Positions 50,585 to 60,723 of a DNA stretch of 64,000 nt are shown here, in pieces. This stretch comes from a virus. Lineage: Duplodnaviria > Heunggongvirae > Uroviricota > Caudoviricetes. The notes under the pieces were generated by a model. The model was not told where the DNA came from. It saw nothing but the letters and a program-made list of their open reading frames with translations, and made no database searches. The stretch lies in the IMG/VR virus record IMGVR_UViG_3300010354_007935, positions 46,284 to 110,283 of that record; one strand, 5' to 3'. The translations under genes and the position numbers were made by a program. Positions within the stretch are counted from its first letter, which is position 1. Each line of letters opens with the position of its first letter.

Positions 50585-51321
50585 TGACGACCGCCGTAAT
50601 TGGGATTTTTAGGGTCTCCATGATGATTGTTGTGCCAGCATTCTCCTTGTGTTAAAGGAAACAACCAAGGTATATTTGTACTATCGTCCTTTGTTGCGTA
50701 GTTTTTATATCCAAGATTTGGATAATGTACTACACTAGTCTGCAAACAAAATACATGTAATGTAATTAGCGCAGGCAACACTAGTAGGTAAAAGAAAAGA
50801 TCGATACTAATTAGTGCAGTGATTCCGTAAACTAACCAAATTATTTCTGTGTAGTATTTGTGAGAGAATACTACATCAGGATCTCTTAATAATTCTGGAA
50901 CTCTCCTGACACTTACATCGCCTTCTTTTAAAGTAAACATCCACGTAATATAACTGTGCCAAAATCCGTGCTTCGGACTATGGGGGTCCAAATCTGTGTC
51001 ACTGTGACGATGGTGTGCTCCTCTATGTATTCCTACCCACAAAATAGCACTTCCTTGTACTGCAATCGTTCCGCAGAACAGTATAAATCTTTTCATCAGT
51101 CTGCTAACTTCAAAACCATGATGGCTAAACAGTCTGTGGAATCCTGCCCCTATTCCAATAAACTTCATAAAGAACCAACCAATAAGAGTAGCTATCCACC
51201 ACCAGGCAGGTGCTGTGCCGGCGATTAAATTATAAATTGCCCAAATACCAAAAATATGTAGAGGTACGATTCCTCCCCATAGATGTTTAATTGTTATGAT
51301 ATTTTTAATTACTTGGTTCAT
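50533..51321 (-). CDS. membrane fatty-acid (acyl-lipid delta-9-type) desaturase
   Basis: 262 aa. Three His boxes: HRLFSHH, HRGAHHRHSD, WHNNHHGDP. Multiple TM helices. Confidence 0.8.
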   Translation of the reverse strand: MNQVIKNIITIKHLWGGIVPLHIFGIWAIYNLIAGTAPAWWWIATLIGWFFMKFIGIGAGFHRLFSHHGFEVSRLMKRFILFCGTIAVQGSAILWVGIHRGAHHRHSDTDLDPHSPKHGFWHSYITWMFTLKEGDVSVRRVPELLRDPDVVFSHKYYTEIIWLVYGITALISIDLFFYLLVLPALITLHVFCLQTSVVHYPNLGYKNYATKDDSTNIPWLFPLTQGECWHNNHHGDPKNPNYGGRHWWELDPTFWVIKLIQK

Positions 51322-51866
51322 TTACTTTTCCAGCTACGTAGTGCATCAATGTTGCCTTGATAGATAATGTGCTGCCAACAGGTTTCGTCACATTCGTTTG
51401 GGCATGTTAGGTATTTATTTGTAGCTATCTTGAAGTCTAAATTAAATTGTTTCTTAAAATTCTTTGAAACCCATTTCATCCAATTATCAGTTTGCCTACT
51501 GATAAAAAATAACTCGTACTCCGTATTATCTTTTAACCACCGGATTTGGCTTAACGTTGTCTCACCCATTGCTAAACTTATTTCTTTCATTATTTGTTTT
51601 TTGTTAGTATGTTTCCATGTTCTATTTAAAATCCTGTAGGAATTATTTGGCCAGCATTCGCGTAAAGAAATACTTGAGCACATTTCAGGATTATTGTTGT
51701 CATCAAAACAAATAGTATAGGCCACAATACCAGCATAGTCAAAAGATTTTTTACTATAATTTTCCCATAACCGATGAGATCTATCGTTGTACTGCTGTTC
51801 TCTTAAGTTATCAAAAAGTTGATCCAGGTAATTGTTTGCGCCTGGGCGCCATGTTACTGTATACAT
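51318..51866 (-). CDS. hypothetical protein (182 aa)
   Basis: ORF only. Confidence 0.3.
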   Translation of the reverse strand: MYTVTWRPGANNYLDQLFDNLREQQYNDRSHRLWENYSKKSFDYAGIVAYTICFDDNNNPEMCSSISLRECWPNNSYRILNRTWKHTNKKQIMKEISLAMGETTLSQIRWLKDNTEYELFFISRQTDNWMKWVSKNFKKQFNLDFKIATNKYLTCPNECDETCWQHIIYQGNIDALRSWKSK

Positions 51867-52723
51867 ATATTTTTTAAGAATTCATTATAATCTAAAGACC
51901 ACCGGCCATCCCATTGTTTTCCTAGTGTGTATAGTTCATTGAAGCTTTCATGTTTAAAAATTTCTAACTTTTCAATCTTTTCATACCCATGATACTTGGG
52001 ACGTTCTTCAAGTTCAAAGTTACTGTCTCTATTATAAATTATGTACTTGCTAGAATCAGACCCAAGTTTTCCAGGAACTTGATTTAACGATAAATCTTTT
52101 ATTCGTGGATCTTCTAAAAACGTTCTCATCATCTCAGGAGTGTATCGATTAAAATGAGGAGTGCCGTCAATGTTATAGAGTTTATAATAGTTAACAATAG
52201 CATAGTCGTGTTGATATATAGTCACGTCCCACGAATCATTTTCGTTTTTTCTCAAGTAGGGTTCGCCTTCTCCGCATATAACAGTTCCATCTAATTGCCC
52301 AATTGCATATGCCGTAGCAGCCCTGTGATGTACAGCTGATTTTATTTCTTTTGATATCTCTAGCATCATGCCACTTTTTACAAAGTGATCAAAATCGATA
52401 TCAATAATTAAAGGTTTTAGATTTTTGTATCTGCAAAATTTTAATGCATATTCAAGGTCATGTGAGTTATAATCATTTTTGAATTTTATTATCACAGGAG
52501 TAAAATCTATCCCAGCATCTTTAAAAACTGAAACAGTATATTCACTATCAACACCGCCGCTATACATAATATAAATTTTTCCAGTTTTTATTGATTCAAT
52601 TTTTTCAGCAGCAATTAGACTTTCTTTGTAGTATGTTAGCCCTGGAGTGATTGGAGAAATGTCTACAAAGAAAGAGTTTCCTGAACCCCTAACTGTAATA
52701 TAGTTATTTTCTGATATATTCAA
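51854..52723 (-). CDS. PP-loop ATP pyrophosphatase family protein, paralogue 2
   Basis: 289 aa. KIYIMYSGGVDSEYTVSVF. Confidence 0.5.
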   Translation of the reverse strand: MNISENNYITVRGSGNSFFVDISPITPGLTYYKESLIAAEKIESIKTGKIYIMYSGGVDSEYTVSVFKDAGIDFTPVIIKFKNDYNSHDLEYALKFCRYKNLKPLIIDIDFDHFVKSGMMLEISKEIKSAVHHRAATAYAIGQLDGTVICGEGEPYLRKNENDSWDVTIYQHDYAIVNYYKLYNIDGTPHFNRYTPEMMRTFLEDPRIKDLSLNQVPGKLGSDSSKYIIYNRDSNFELEERPKYHGYEKIEKLEIFKHESFNELYTLGKQWDGRWSLDYNEFLKNICIQ

Positions 52724-53328
52724 GTTGTTATATCCTTGTATACTACATTTGAAAATGCTTCATGCGTTTTTGGGCCTGGATGTAACTTGTCGCTGCATAA
52801 ATCTAACATTGGATTAAACGTCGATTTTACATCTTTTAAATTAGATAATTTAATAAACTCAGGTTTATATTTTAACATTGGTGCTTGTTCAGCTATGTAA
52901 CTATAGTTGTTTAAATTTAAACTTTTTAGATAAAGCTCTGCGTGATGAATATAAACCCATGACATGAATATCAGGTGCTCCTCTGTTTGTGCACCAAGCC
53001 ATTTTGAATATCCTGGAAGCCAAGCACCATACCTTTCAATTTTACTTTTGTCAATAATTGCACCTCGGGAGAACATGGTCCATAATATAACAATTAAATC
53101 ATCATGGTTGAATTTAAAATTTAAAATTTTATATAAAATTTCTAAATTGCTTGCGCCTGGATCACTACAATTTATTAAATCGATATTTAATTTGTTACTT
53201 AATAATTTTGGCCAACTGTAATTGCTTGGTGTAGCACTATCTGCTGGGCAATCTTGAAGCAGACTACCATATGTGTAGGAGCAGCCAAATGCTACCAGCC
53301 TTGTCATTTTAATTTTTTGCCCATCCAA
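52720..53328 (-). CDS. SGNH/GDSL-like hydrolase paralogue (GCSYT variant)
   Basis: 202 aa. VAFGCSYTYGS, DPGASN, DKLHPG (DxxH). Confidence 0.4.
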   Translation of the reverse strand: MDGQKIKMTRLVAFGCSYTYGSLLQDCPADSATPSNYSWPKLLSNKLNIDLINCSDPGASNLEILYKILNFKFNHDDLIVILWTMFSRGAIIDKSKIERYGAWLPGYSKWLGAQTEEHLIFMSWVYIHHAELYLKSLNLNNYSYIAEQAPMLKYKPEFIKLSNLKDVKSTFNPMLDLCSDKLHPGPKTHEAFSNVVYKDITT

Positions 53329-53765
53329 TGGAATACAGGAACCATACCTACTTTATCAGCAGATGCTAATCGAACTTTATTGTTTTTGTGTATGTGACTG
53401 CTAATAGCCCAGCAACCTTTTTCTTTGGCTATTTGTTCAAAATATCCATGGAGTATTGTATAAATTCCTAACCCTCGAGAGTCTTCGTCAACAGCACTTA
53501 ATGTTATCCACAACAGTCCTTTATTTTCGTAATGTTCGTAAACAATATGTCCAAGGATTTTTCCATTCTCGTCTGTGGCGTACACCGCTGAACAATCGCT
53601 ATCGTTCCATGATGTAAACGGATATGCAAATCCGTTATCGATAAGAGTTGCCATTTGTCGTAAAAAGAAAGTAAATATTGGACTCATGCCTAAACTATCA
53701 GTGTGCATGATTTTAATTTCCTTCCCGGACTTATCGTATTCTGTGCCAAGTTGAGTAATCTTCAT
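53304..53765 (-). CDS. GNAT-family N-acetyltransferase
   Basis: 153 aa. SRGLGIYTIL (R-x-x-G-x-G/A acetyl-CoA loop). Confidence 0.45.
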   Translation of the reverse strand: MKITQLGTEYDKSGKEIKIMHTDSLGMSPIFTFFLRQMATLIDNGFAYPFTSWNDSDCSAVYATDENGKILGHIVYEHYENKGLLWITLSAVDEDSRGLGIYTILHGYFEQIAKEKGCWAISSHIHKNNKVRLASADKVGMVPVFHWMGKKLK

Positions 53766-53805
53766 GTTATTATTCTCCTGCCGTTATTTATAGAGCCAAG
53801 AATGT

Positions 53806-53845
53806 GTAGCCAAAAAAAAAGGCTCCGAAGAGCCTTTTAAAGATG
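53806..53845 (-). terminator. rho-independent terminator
   Basis: Minus strand reads AAAAGGCTCTTCGGAGCCTTTTTTTTT, downstream of the SBP-like gene. Confidence 0.55.
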
Positions 53846-53852
53846 TTACATT

Positions 53853-54809
53853 TTAGTGTAATTGAATCTTTTGTACTAAACCTGGTGTGAAGTAGTCTTC
53901 AAATTTGGCATAAACTACTTTAGTAGCTTCTGCAAAACGAGCTTGCTCATCGGCGCTCATCTTAACAACTTCGATACCATCTGCTTCAGCGCGAGCTTGA
54001 ACTAGAGCAATGTCTTCAATGCTCAGTGTGCGCTCGTGACGTGCAGCAACTTTAGCACTTTCAGCAACAACAGTTTGTAGCTCTGGGCTCAATGTGTTCC
54101 AGAAGTCTGTACCAATTAGAATACTTGTTAAGAACAAGCTGTGTTCTGTATGGTTAATAACTTTAGATACTTTGTCATGTCCAAGTGCATAAACACGAGG
54201 ATATGTACTTTCGCCAACTGTTACATTAGCTGTACCTAAGTTCTCACTTAGTTCTTCTAGTTCCATTGGAACTACATCAGCGCCAAGTGTCTTGAATGTT
54301 TCAATAGCAACTGGGCTGAAACTTGTACGCATCTTCATACCACGTAGGTCTTCAATCTTAGCAACGGTTTCGTTACCAGGAATAATACGGAAACCACCTG
54401 AATATGTAAATGCTAGTCCTTTAACTTTCTTGCTAGCTTCTAAGCTGTTTAGCAACTCTGCACCAACTTCGCCTTCAAACACACGACTAGCATGGTCGTG
54501 ATCCTTAAACAAGAATGGCAAGTCTAAAGCATAAAAGTCTTTGTTAATCTTACCTAATGTGATTGTATAAGTTTGGCTCATTTGGATAGCACCGCTGTCT
54601 AGCAAATCAACTAGACTGTGCTTGTCAACTACAACACCGTTGTTATACTTTTCAGCATATTCGCTCATGGTCATAACTTCGATTTCTAGTTGCTCTGGCG
54701 CACGAGCATTTACTTCGTCAGCAAATACTTTTGCAGCACGAATAAACAACTCGATTGGCTCGTGGGCTAAAACCCATTTTACGTGACGTTTTGTCATATG
54801 TTTCTCCAT
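53853..54809 (-). CDS. TRAP-transporter DctP-like solute-binding protein homologue, no signal peptide
   Basis: 318 aa. LDLPFLFKDHDHASRVFEGEVGAELL is colinear with DctP LDLPYLFRDYEHARKVLDGEIGQELL. No DctQ/DctM genes are present. Confidence 0.5.
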   Translation of the reverse strand: MEKHMTKRHVKWVLAHEPIELFIRAAKVFADEVNARAPEQLEIEVMTMSEYAEKYNNGVVVDKHSLVDLLDSGAIQMSQTYTITLGKINKDFYALDLPFLFKDHDHASRVFEGEVGAELLNSLEASKKVKGLAFTYSGGFRIIPGNETVAKIEDLRGMKMRTSFSPVAIETFKTLGADVVPMELEELSENLGTANVTVGESTYPRVYALGHDKVSKVINHTEHSLFLTSILIGTDFWNTLSPELQTVVAESAKVAARHERTLSIEDIALVQARAEADGIEVVKMSADEQARFAEATKVVYAKFEDYFTPGLVQKIQLH

Positions 54810-54874
54810 TTAACGTTAAATTAGCAGGTCATGACTCCTGCTCAATTATTTATGTCTTTTGGATATAGTAGCCG

Positions 54875-55774
54875 TTATCTGGTACTTTTTTGACTGTCTT
54901 CTATCTGTTTACGGTATTTAGACTGTAACCTTTTAACTTGATCTGTAGATTTTAAATAGAATTCTTCTGAGCTAACACCGTCAAATTGCGGTGGACGCAT
55001 AGCAGATAATTTAAAAATCTCTGCTTCTCCTACCCTGTCCGTAGCCTTAGTTAATATAAGTCCTATGGCTTTTCTGCGCCCTTCTGACATTTGTCGTTGA
55101 GCAACGGCTATGTTAAAAATATAAGGAGCATCTATGCCCATTTCTTTTAAAGTTTTAATCTTAGGTTCTTGCGGTAATCTAGTAGGACAACTGGCTGCAA
55201 TCATTTGCATCTTTGGATTTTTAGTTCGCAACGATTCGTAGCCTTCGTACTTGTCTATCACAAACTCGATTCCATTGTTGCCCACCATATTAACAAGGGC
55301 ATCATTGTTGCTTCTGAATACAATGTATCTAACATCAAAATTGTATTTTTCGCCAAGAGCAAGTGCTGTTAGATGCGCGGCATTACCAAATCCTACTCCG
55401 CCCACAACAAATTCTTTTTGTCCAGCCAAAGGTTTGTTGGTAACCACAGCCCAGCAAGCATCGCCAAACGCATATACAGGAACATAGTCATTTTCGTTTA
55501 ATCTTCCTGCGGCAACGTTTTCGACATATGCCGGTGCAATAATGGCAATACTATTTTCATCTAAACTCTTAACTGCGATAACTTGATTGCCTCCAGGTTT
55601 AAATTCTACTACAAATTTATAGATAGACTGCATAGCATTAGCTTCGTCTACTACTTTAAATAGTGCAGGGGTTGCACTATGTCCCGGACTATAAGGGCTA
55701 TAAATTTTAATTGTTTCTGTGGCATAAGCAATACTTGCAAAGTACAGTAAAACACTAACTAACAATTTCTTCAT
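54875..55774 (-). CDS. secreted periplasmic-binding-protein-like protein (possibly Bug/TctC-like)
   Basis: The likely start is MKKLLVSVLLYFASIAYA (signal peptide). ~300 aa alpha/beta-type composition. Family uncertain. Confidence 0.3.
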   Translation of the reverse strand: MKKLLVSVLLYFASIAYATETIKIYSPYSPGHSATPALFKVVDEANAMQSIYKFVVEFKPGGNQVIAVKSLDENSIAIIAPAYVENVAAGRLNENDYVPVYAFGDACWAVVTNKPLAGQKEFVVGGVGFGNAAHLTALALGEKYNFDVRYIVFRSNNDALVNMVGNNGIEFVIDKYEGYESLRTKNPKMQMIAASCPTRLPQEPKIKTLKEMGIDAPYIFNIAVAQRQMSEGRRKAIGLILTKATDRVGEAEIFKLSAMRPPQFDGVSSEEFYLKSTDQVKRLQSKYRKQIEDSQKSTR

Positions 55775-55775
55775 G

Positions 55776-57023
55776 TTATCTCCAATCAATTTTGTAATTT
55801 TGTAAGTTATGTCTGTAAAAATCCCGTACACTCGGATCATCCATATATAAAATTTCAAAGTTTTTATTTAAACCAAGTCTGGATACTGGTCGTCGATTAT
55901 TGGGCACACCCTCTACATCTTGCCTGTGCCCAATGACCCAAAGAGATTCTAATTTAACTTTAAAATTTTTATACCAGTCATTCCTGTCTAGATCCCAAAT
56001 ATAATTTTTAGCTGCTGTTTTATATGTTGAAGGAGTTTTTTTAATTTTTTGTCCGTTGTTATTGTTAACCATGCTCCATCTCTGATAATCGGGATAATTA
56101 AACCAATTAACAATTCTGTTCATAACGAGTTTTGTTTCTAGTGTATCGTTCATATAGATACTTCCGCGAACAGCACAGTTCAAATATTTAATATTGAAAA
56201 TCATCCACCAAAAGAAGTCGTGTAGACTTTGTATCGGCACAGTGGCGGTGTCAATGTTGCGAACAAGTTTTTCGTAGAATAATTTTCCAAATTTAGGATC
56301 TGATTGTATTCCTAAATAATTTATTAATAAGTCTTTATATTGAGAATAATGTATATCAGGATCGGAAATTTTGTATTTGATATTTTGTAATTCGATCTTA
56401 GATTCCGGACTTAGATTGTTTGTGTAAGCATCATAATTGTTATATAAAATTAACCCAAATAAAGTTCCAAAAATACAGTCGCCTTCATCAGCAGTAATAG
56501 GTGTATACCCAAGTGCTATAAGTTCATCATACTTGTGTTTGTCACTATCAAGTATAGTAAACTGATCTTGTATATACTTGTGCCAAAAATGAGGATTCTC
56601 TATTATAGTTTCGACGCTAGCGCATACTGCAACACTTTGTAATTCATCTTTAGTCAAATTTTTCAACAAAGCAGACATTACCATAGTACTGTCAATACCC
56701 CCTGATAGCATGACAGCAAACCTTTCGCCGTGTGATATACGCTGTTTAATGAGTAACGCTTGCTCATTAGAAATTTGATCAAACGTTTTATTAAAAGTTG
56801 GATCATATATAGGCATCTCGTAACCTGGAATTAGCTCCTGTTTCCAGGGCATGCTCCAGTCTCCGTTACGACTTACAAATCTACAAGGATTAAGTCTTTT
56901 GGCCATGTTAATATAAAATTGTCCACCATCTCCACAATTCTTATGGACTTCACTCCAAAAAGCATCGTGATAATAATTGAAACTTATACTTGAAAAATAA
57001 AGTGTATCGTCTGGTTTAATCAT
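55776..57023 (-). CDS. PP-loop ATP pyrophosphatase family protein, paralogue 3
   Basis: 415 aa. RFAVMLSGGIDSTMVMSAL. Confidence 0.5.
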   Translation of the reverse strand: MIKPDDTLYFSSISFNYYHDAFWSEVHKNCGDGGQFYINMAKRLNPCRFVSRNGDWSMPWKQELIPGYEMPIYDPTFNKTFDQISNEQALLIKQRISHGERFAVMLSGGIDSTMVMSALLKNLTKDELQSVAVCASVETIIENPHFWHKYIQDQFTILDSDKHKYDELIALGYTPITADEGDCIFGTLFGLILYNNYDAYTNNLSPESKIELQNIKYKISDPDIHYSQYKDLLINYLGIQSDPKFGKLFYEKLVRNIDTATVPIQSLHDFFWWMIFNIKYLNCAVRGSIYMNDTLETKLVMNRIVNWFNYPDYQRWSMVNNNNGQKIKKTPSTYKTAAKNYIWDLDRNDWYKNFKVKLESLWVIGHRQDVEGVPNNRRPVSRLGLNKNFEILYMDDPSVRDFYRHNLQNYKIDWR

Positions 57024-57024
57024 T

Positions 57025-57783
57025 TTAAAACAGCATGGTTGAAATATTTTTATAGATGTCTTTAGACAGAGGAATAAGTTTTTCTGGCATAGGTTTATTC
57101 AAAATTTTATAATAACCATTCATCAGGTAAGTTTGGTCTGTATAATTATGAACCCAGAAGTCAACTATTTTTTCTTCAGCTTCTTCGGGACTATGGGACA
57201 GATATAAAATTTTCCTAAGCTCAAAAAACAGTCCCTTCTTAAGTGTAGATCTGTCTGCCCTTGAGGATATGTTTTCTAAACAGTCGTCATCAACGTACTT
57301 GTCAGCAAATGTTTCAGTATTTTCAAAATTATAAAATGCATTTGTAATGTTGAGAACATACACTTGATCTTGCACAAATCTTGCATACCTTAACAATCTG
57401 TCTAGTATTTCTGTATTATCTACATAATCTTCAGGAATGCCCACTTCGGCAACCATGTCTTTATCATATAAGAATTTAAGCATCGGATGCTGCCTGCCAC
57501 CAACAATTGCGCTTGGGCCGATGCGTTGCGTTCTTTTATCTTCAATTGTATAGTTGATACAGTTTTGATTAGTCATAGTAAATGCATTTGGAGGCAACAT
57601 ATAAGCTATTGTTGGTAATTTAGAACTTAGAATTTCTGCTGTCTCAAGAGTTAGCCAAAAATCTTTATCATCTACTAAAATAAATCTATCCAGCCCTGGA
57701 GCAAATATGGCGTGCCTTCTTCGCTCTCCCGTTGAGTCAACATAAAAATGTCTATAAAAATTATTAAATTGATCCTGGATCAT
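57025..57783 (-). CDS. hypothetical protein (252 aa)
   Basis: ORF only. Confidence 0.3.
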   Translation of the reverse strand: MIQDQFNNFYRHFYVDSTGERRRHAIFAPGLDRFILVDDKDFWLTLETAEILSSKLPTIAYMLPPNAFTMTNQNCINYTIEDKRTQRIGPSAIVGGRQHPMLKFLYDKDMVAEVGIPEDYVDNTEILDRLLRYARFVQDQVYVLNITNAFYNFENTETFADKYVDDDCLENISSRADRSTLKKGLFFELRKILYLSHSPEEAEEKIVDFWVHNYTDQTYLMNGYYKILNKPMPEKLIPLSKDIYKNISTMLF

Positions 57784-58646
57784 AACAAAATTTCTCTAGC
57801 TTCGCTTGGGGATGCTGCCTGATAGCCCAATAATCGTAAAACATCAACAGCCATAGTTACTAGTTCTGCATTGTTTTTTGCTAATACACCTTTGCTAGTA
57901 TAGATGTTATCTTCTAAACCAACACGAACATGCCCGCCCATAATAGCTGTCATAGCAACCATGGGCATTTCCATACGTCCAATACCAAATGCACTCCACA
58001 CAGAGTTAGGAGGCAAGTCTCTGTAAGCATACATAAGTGCATTTGGTGTTGCATCCCACCCATACTTGATTCCCATTGCAAACTGCCAGAACGGGGTTCC
58101 TTTAATAGTTCCATCTGCAACAAGCTCCTTTGCTATTCGAAAATCACCACTATCAAAAATTTCTAGTTCTGGTTTGGTTCCTGCTCGCTGTACTAGTTCA
58201 ACCATTCGCTTGGTTACTAGTTTATGATTAATCCGTATGCCGCCTTCCGCTTGATGCATTGTGTTAAAGTCCATGCTGCATAAATCAGGTTTAATCATTT
58301 CAATGTGTTTAACTCTTTCTACAGCATGTAAGAGTAGACTCCCTGGAGCACCTTGAGCCAATTTATCTTTGCTAGGAATGTATAACGCACCCGGGCCTGT
58401 AGTTAAATTTATTAGAACACTAGTATTGTGTTTTTTAATTCTATCTACAGTATCTCTATACAGATCTACATCCATACTAGGGCGAGCACTTTCAGGATTA
58501 CGAACATGTATATGTACAACTGCGGCGCCTGCTTCAGCTGCTTCTAAAGCACTGGTAGCAATTTCTTCCGGAGTAACTGGCAAATAAGGTGTTTGTTCTT
58601 TACTAGTTACTGCTCCTGTAATAGCACAGGTAATAATGGTTTTCAT
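57780..58646 (-). CDS. beta-keto acid cleavage enzyme (BKACE/DUF849, 3-keto-5-aminohexanoate cleavage enzyme-like)
   Basis: 288 aa. MKTIITCAITGAVTSKEQTPYLPVTPEEIATSALEAAEAGAAVVHIHVRNPE, the N-terminal signature of the BKACE family. Confidence 0.7.
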   Translation of the reverse strand: MKTIITCAITGAVTSKEQTPYLPVTPEEIATSALEAAEAGAAVVHIHVRNPESARPSMDVDLYRDTVDRIKKHNTSVLINLTTGPGALYIPSKDKLAQGAPGSLLLHAVERVKHIEMIKPDLCSMDFNTMHQAEGGIRINHKLVTKRMVELVQRAGTKPELEIFDSGDFRIAKELVADGTIKGTPFWQFAMGIKYGWDATPNALMYAYRDLPPNSVWSAFGIGRMEMPMVAMTAIMGGHVRVGLEDNIYTSKGVLAKNNAELVTMAVDVLRLLGYQAASPSEAREILL

Positions 58647-59362
58647 AAGCTAATGCCCCCATCGACAACAATTGTTTGTCCTGTTAAGTGCTTGTTGAAT
58701 ATAACACTTTCTACCATCTGTGCAATATCTTCAGCTTCTCCTACACGTTTTAACGGAGTCATATTAGCAATCTGCTCGTTAGCGCCCGGAGGTTTAACTG
58801 CGCCAGACGTAGCTTTTTCAAGATATCCTGGTGCTATTCCAATTACTCTAATTTTAGGTGCAAGACTTTTTGCAAGTGTCTTTGTCATCAAGTCAATTCC
58901 GGCCTTAGCAGCACCGTAGGCCAGGTTACTAGTACTTGCTCTTAGACCAGCAGTCGACGAAATGTTTATAATAACACCATCGGACATGAAGGGGTGAAAC
59001 GCACGTATGGTAGAAAATGTTCCTCGAAGATTTGTGTTAATTATTTCGTCAAATATATCGTCAGTTAGTTCTTGTAGTTTTATAGGCTGGATACTTCGTG
59101 TATATCCTGCTGTATTAATTAAGATATCACAGCGTCCAATTTTTTGTGCTGCGGATACTAGGCTAGCAGAATCAGTTACATCGGCAAGAACCGCACAACA
59201 TTTTGGAGAAAGAAGACGCATTCTTGCATTGTATTCTTCCAAATCTCGTCTTACTAGTGCAACAACTGTGGCACCCATTCCTGCTAATCGATTTGAAATA
59301 GCCCAACCAACTTGTCCACAGCCTCCGGTTATTACTACAGTTTTTTCTCTTAGTGTATTCAT
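58643..59362 (-). CDS. short-chain dehydrogenase/reductase (SDR)
   Basis: 239 aa. TGGCGQVG (TGxxxGxG NAD(P)-binding), NTAG, YGAAKAG (YxxxK). Confidence 0.8.
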   Translation of the reverse strand: MNTLREKTVVITGGCGQVGWAISNRLAGMGATVVALVRRDLEEYNARMRLLSPKCCAVLADVTDSASLVSAAQKIGRCDILINTAGYTRSIQPIKLQELTDDIFDEIINTNLRGTFSTIRAFHPFMSDGVIINISSTAGLRASTSNLAYGAAKAGIDLMTKTLAKSLAPKIRVIGIAPGYLEKATSGAVKPPGANEQIANMTPLKRVGEAEDIAQMVESVIFNKHLTGQTIVVDGGISL

Positions 59363-60723
59363 ATATTATATAGTAGTTTAAATGCATCCTCTTTTAATTT
59401 TTTCTTATCAACTTTATGCACACTTGTTAATGGCATAGTTTTGATAATCCAAATATCTCGAGGGCACGAGTATGCCGGCAATTTTTGTAAGGCAAAACTC
59501 TTTATTTCTTCAATTGTAACATCATTAGTAATAGTGATAAAGGCATATGGCTTCATTCCTTTAATTTCGTCTTCTACACCAACAACCGCTGCTTCTCTTA
59601 CACAATCATGTTCTTCTAAAATAGATTCGACTTGTCTTGGATAAACATTATTTCCTCCGCACACAAACATATCATCGGCTCTGCCAACGAAATAGAAAAA
59701 TCCGTGTTCATCTTCTCTAAACAGGTCGTTAGTAATGAAAAAGTTGTCTTGGGTAAAATTATTAGATGTATTATTGTATCCAATCATCATAGATGGACTT
59801 TTTACTTGCAGTATACCGTCAACTATTCGATATTCGATACCTGGTATTCGACAACCAACGCTGAGTTCAGGCGTGGGTTTTGTTTTATGAAATCCAAAAA
59901 GCCCAGGGCCGACTTCAGTACTACCGTATGCAATTGATACGCCGGCACTGGGTATTCTATTTTTAACTTCTCTATATAGACTTAAACTTACAGGTGCGCT
60001 GCCCATAGCTATATGTTTTACGCAAGACAGATCTTGATCTGATAGTTCATTGAGTAGCAAAGACATCATAGTAGGAACTGAACTGACATAATTGATACGA
60101 TGTTCTAAAATTAAATCGATAGCTTTTTTGGGTTCAAATTTTACCATCAAGCATGCTGTTGCTCCGCTACAAAGACAAACTTCTATATTCGATAGCCCGT
60201 TCATGTGATACATTGGTGCTGCAACTAACATTCTAACTTTCGGCCAAAAATCAGATCGAGTCTTTTCTTTGAGTGTCCAAAGATGCCTGTGTGGGATTAT
60301 TACTCCCTTTGGTTTGCTAGTTGATCCAGACGTGTATAGAATAAAGGCTGGATCCGACTCGGCCATGTGCTCTACAATAACTGGGCCGGCTTCAAGGTAG
60401 TTTTTAAAATTGTTTTCTGTAAGAACAATTTTAGATTTGCTATCCTCTATTATGTAATTAACAAGAGTTTCAGGTAATCTATCGCTTATTAATACTGCAA
60501 CTGCACCAAGTCTTAATATTCCAAGATATGCAGTAATTAGATTTATACTATTTTCAGACTTAATAGCTACCCTGTCACTTTTACCAATACCGGCTTTTTG
60601 TAAACCGTTGGCATATTGATTGGCTAGGTCATCAACATCGTTAAAAGTATAGGAGCCATTATGGACTACTGCAACTTTATCATCTTTTCTGTTTAGTAGG
60701 TTACCTAGGTTGTAAGGGTACAT
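59359..60723 (-). CDS. AMP-dependent synthetase/ligase (acyl/aryl-CoA ligase-type adenylating enzyme)
   Basis: 454 aa. YTSGSTSKPKGVIIPH (AMP-binding core motif), YGSTE, GDMF... Confidence 0.8.
   Translation of the reverse strand: MYPYNLGNLLNRKDDKVAVVHNGSYTFNDVDDLANQYANGLQKAGIGKSDRVAIKSENSINLITAYLGILRLGAVAVLISDRLPETLVNYIIEDSKSKIVLTENNFKNYLEAGPVIVEHMAESDPAFILYTSGSTSKPKGVIIPHRHLWTLKEKTRSDFWPKVRMLVAAPMYHMNGLSNIEVCLCSGATACLMVKFEPKKAIDLILEHRINYVSSVPTMMSLLLNELSDQDLSCVKHIAMGSAPVSLSLYREVKNRIPSAGVSIAYGSTEVGPGLFGFHKTKPTPELSVGCRIPGIEYRIVDGILQVKSPSMMIGYNNTSNNFTQDNFFITNDLFREDEHGFFYFVGRADDMFVCGGNNVYPRQVESILEEHDCVREAAVVGVEDEIKGMKPYAFITITNDVTIEEIKSFALQKLPAYSCPRDIWIIKTMPLTSVHKVDKKKLKEDAFKLLYNI

Noticed and set aside
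53853-54809. Calling the DctP homologue a functional TRAP transporter
   Set aside because: There is no signal peptide and no DctQ/DctM membrane components nearby. It is annotated only as an SBP-fold homologue.
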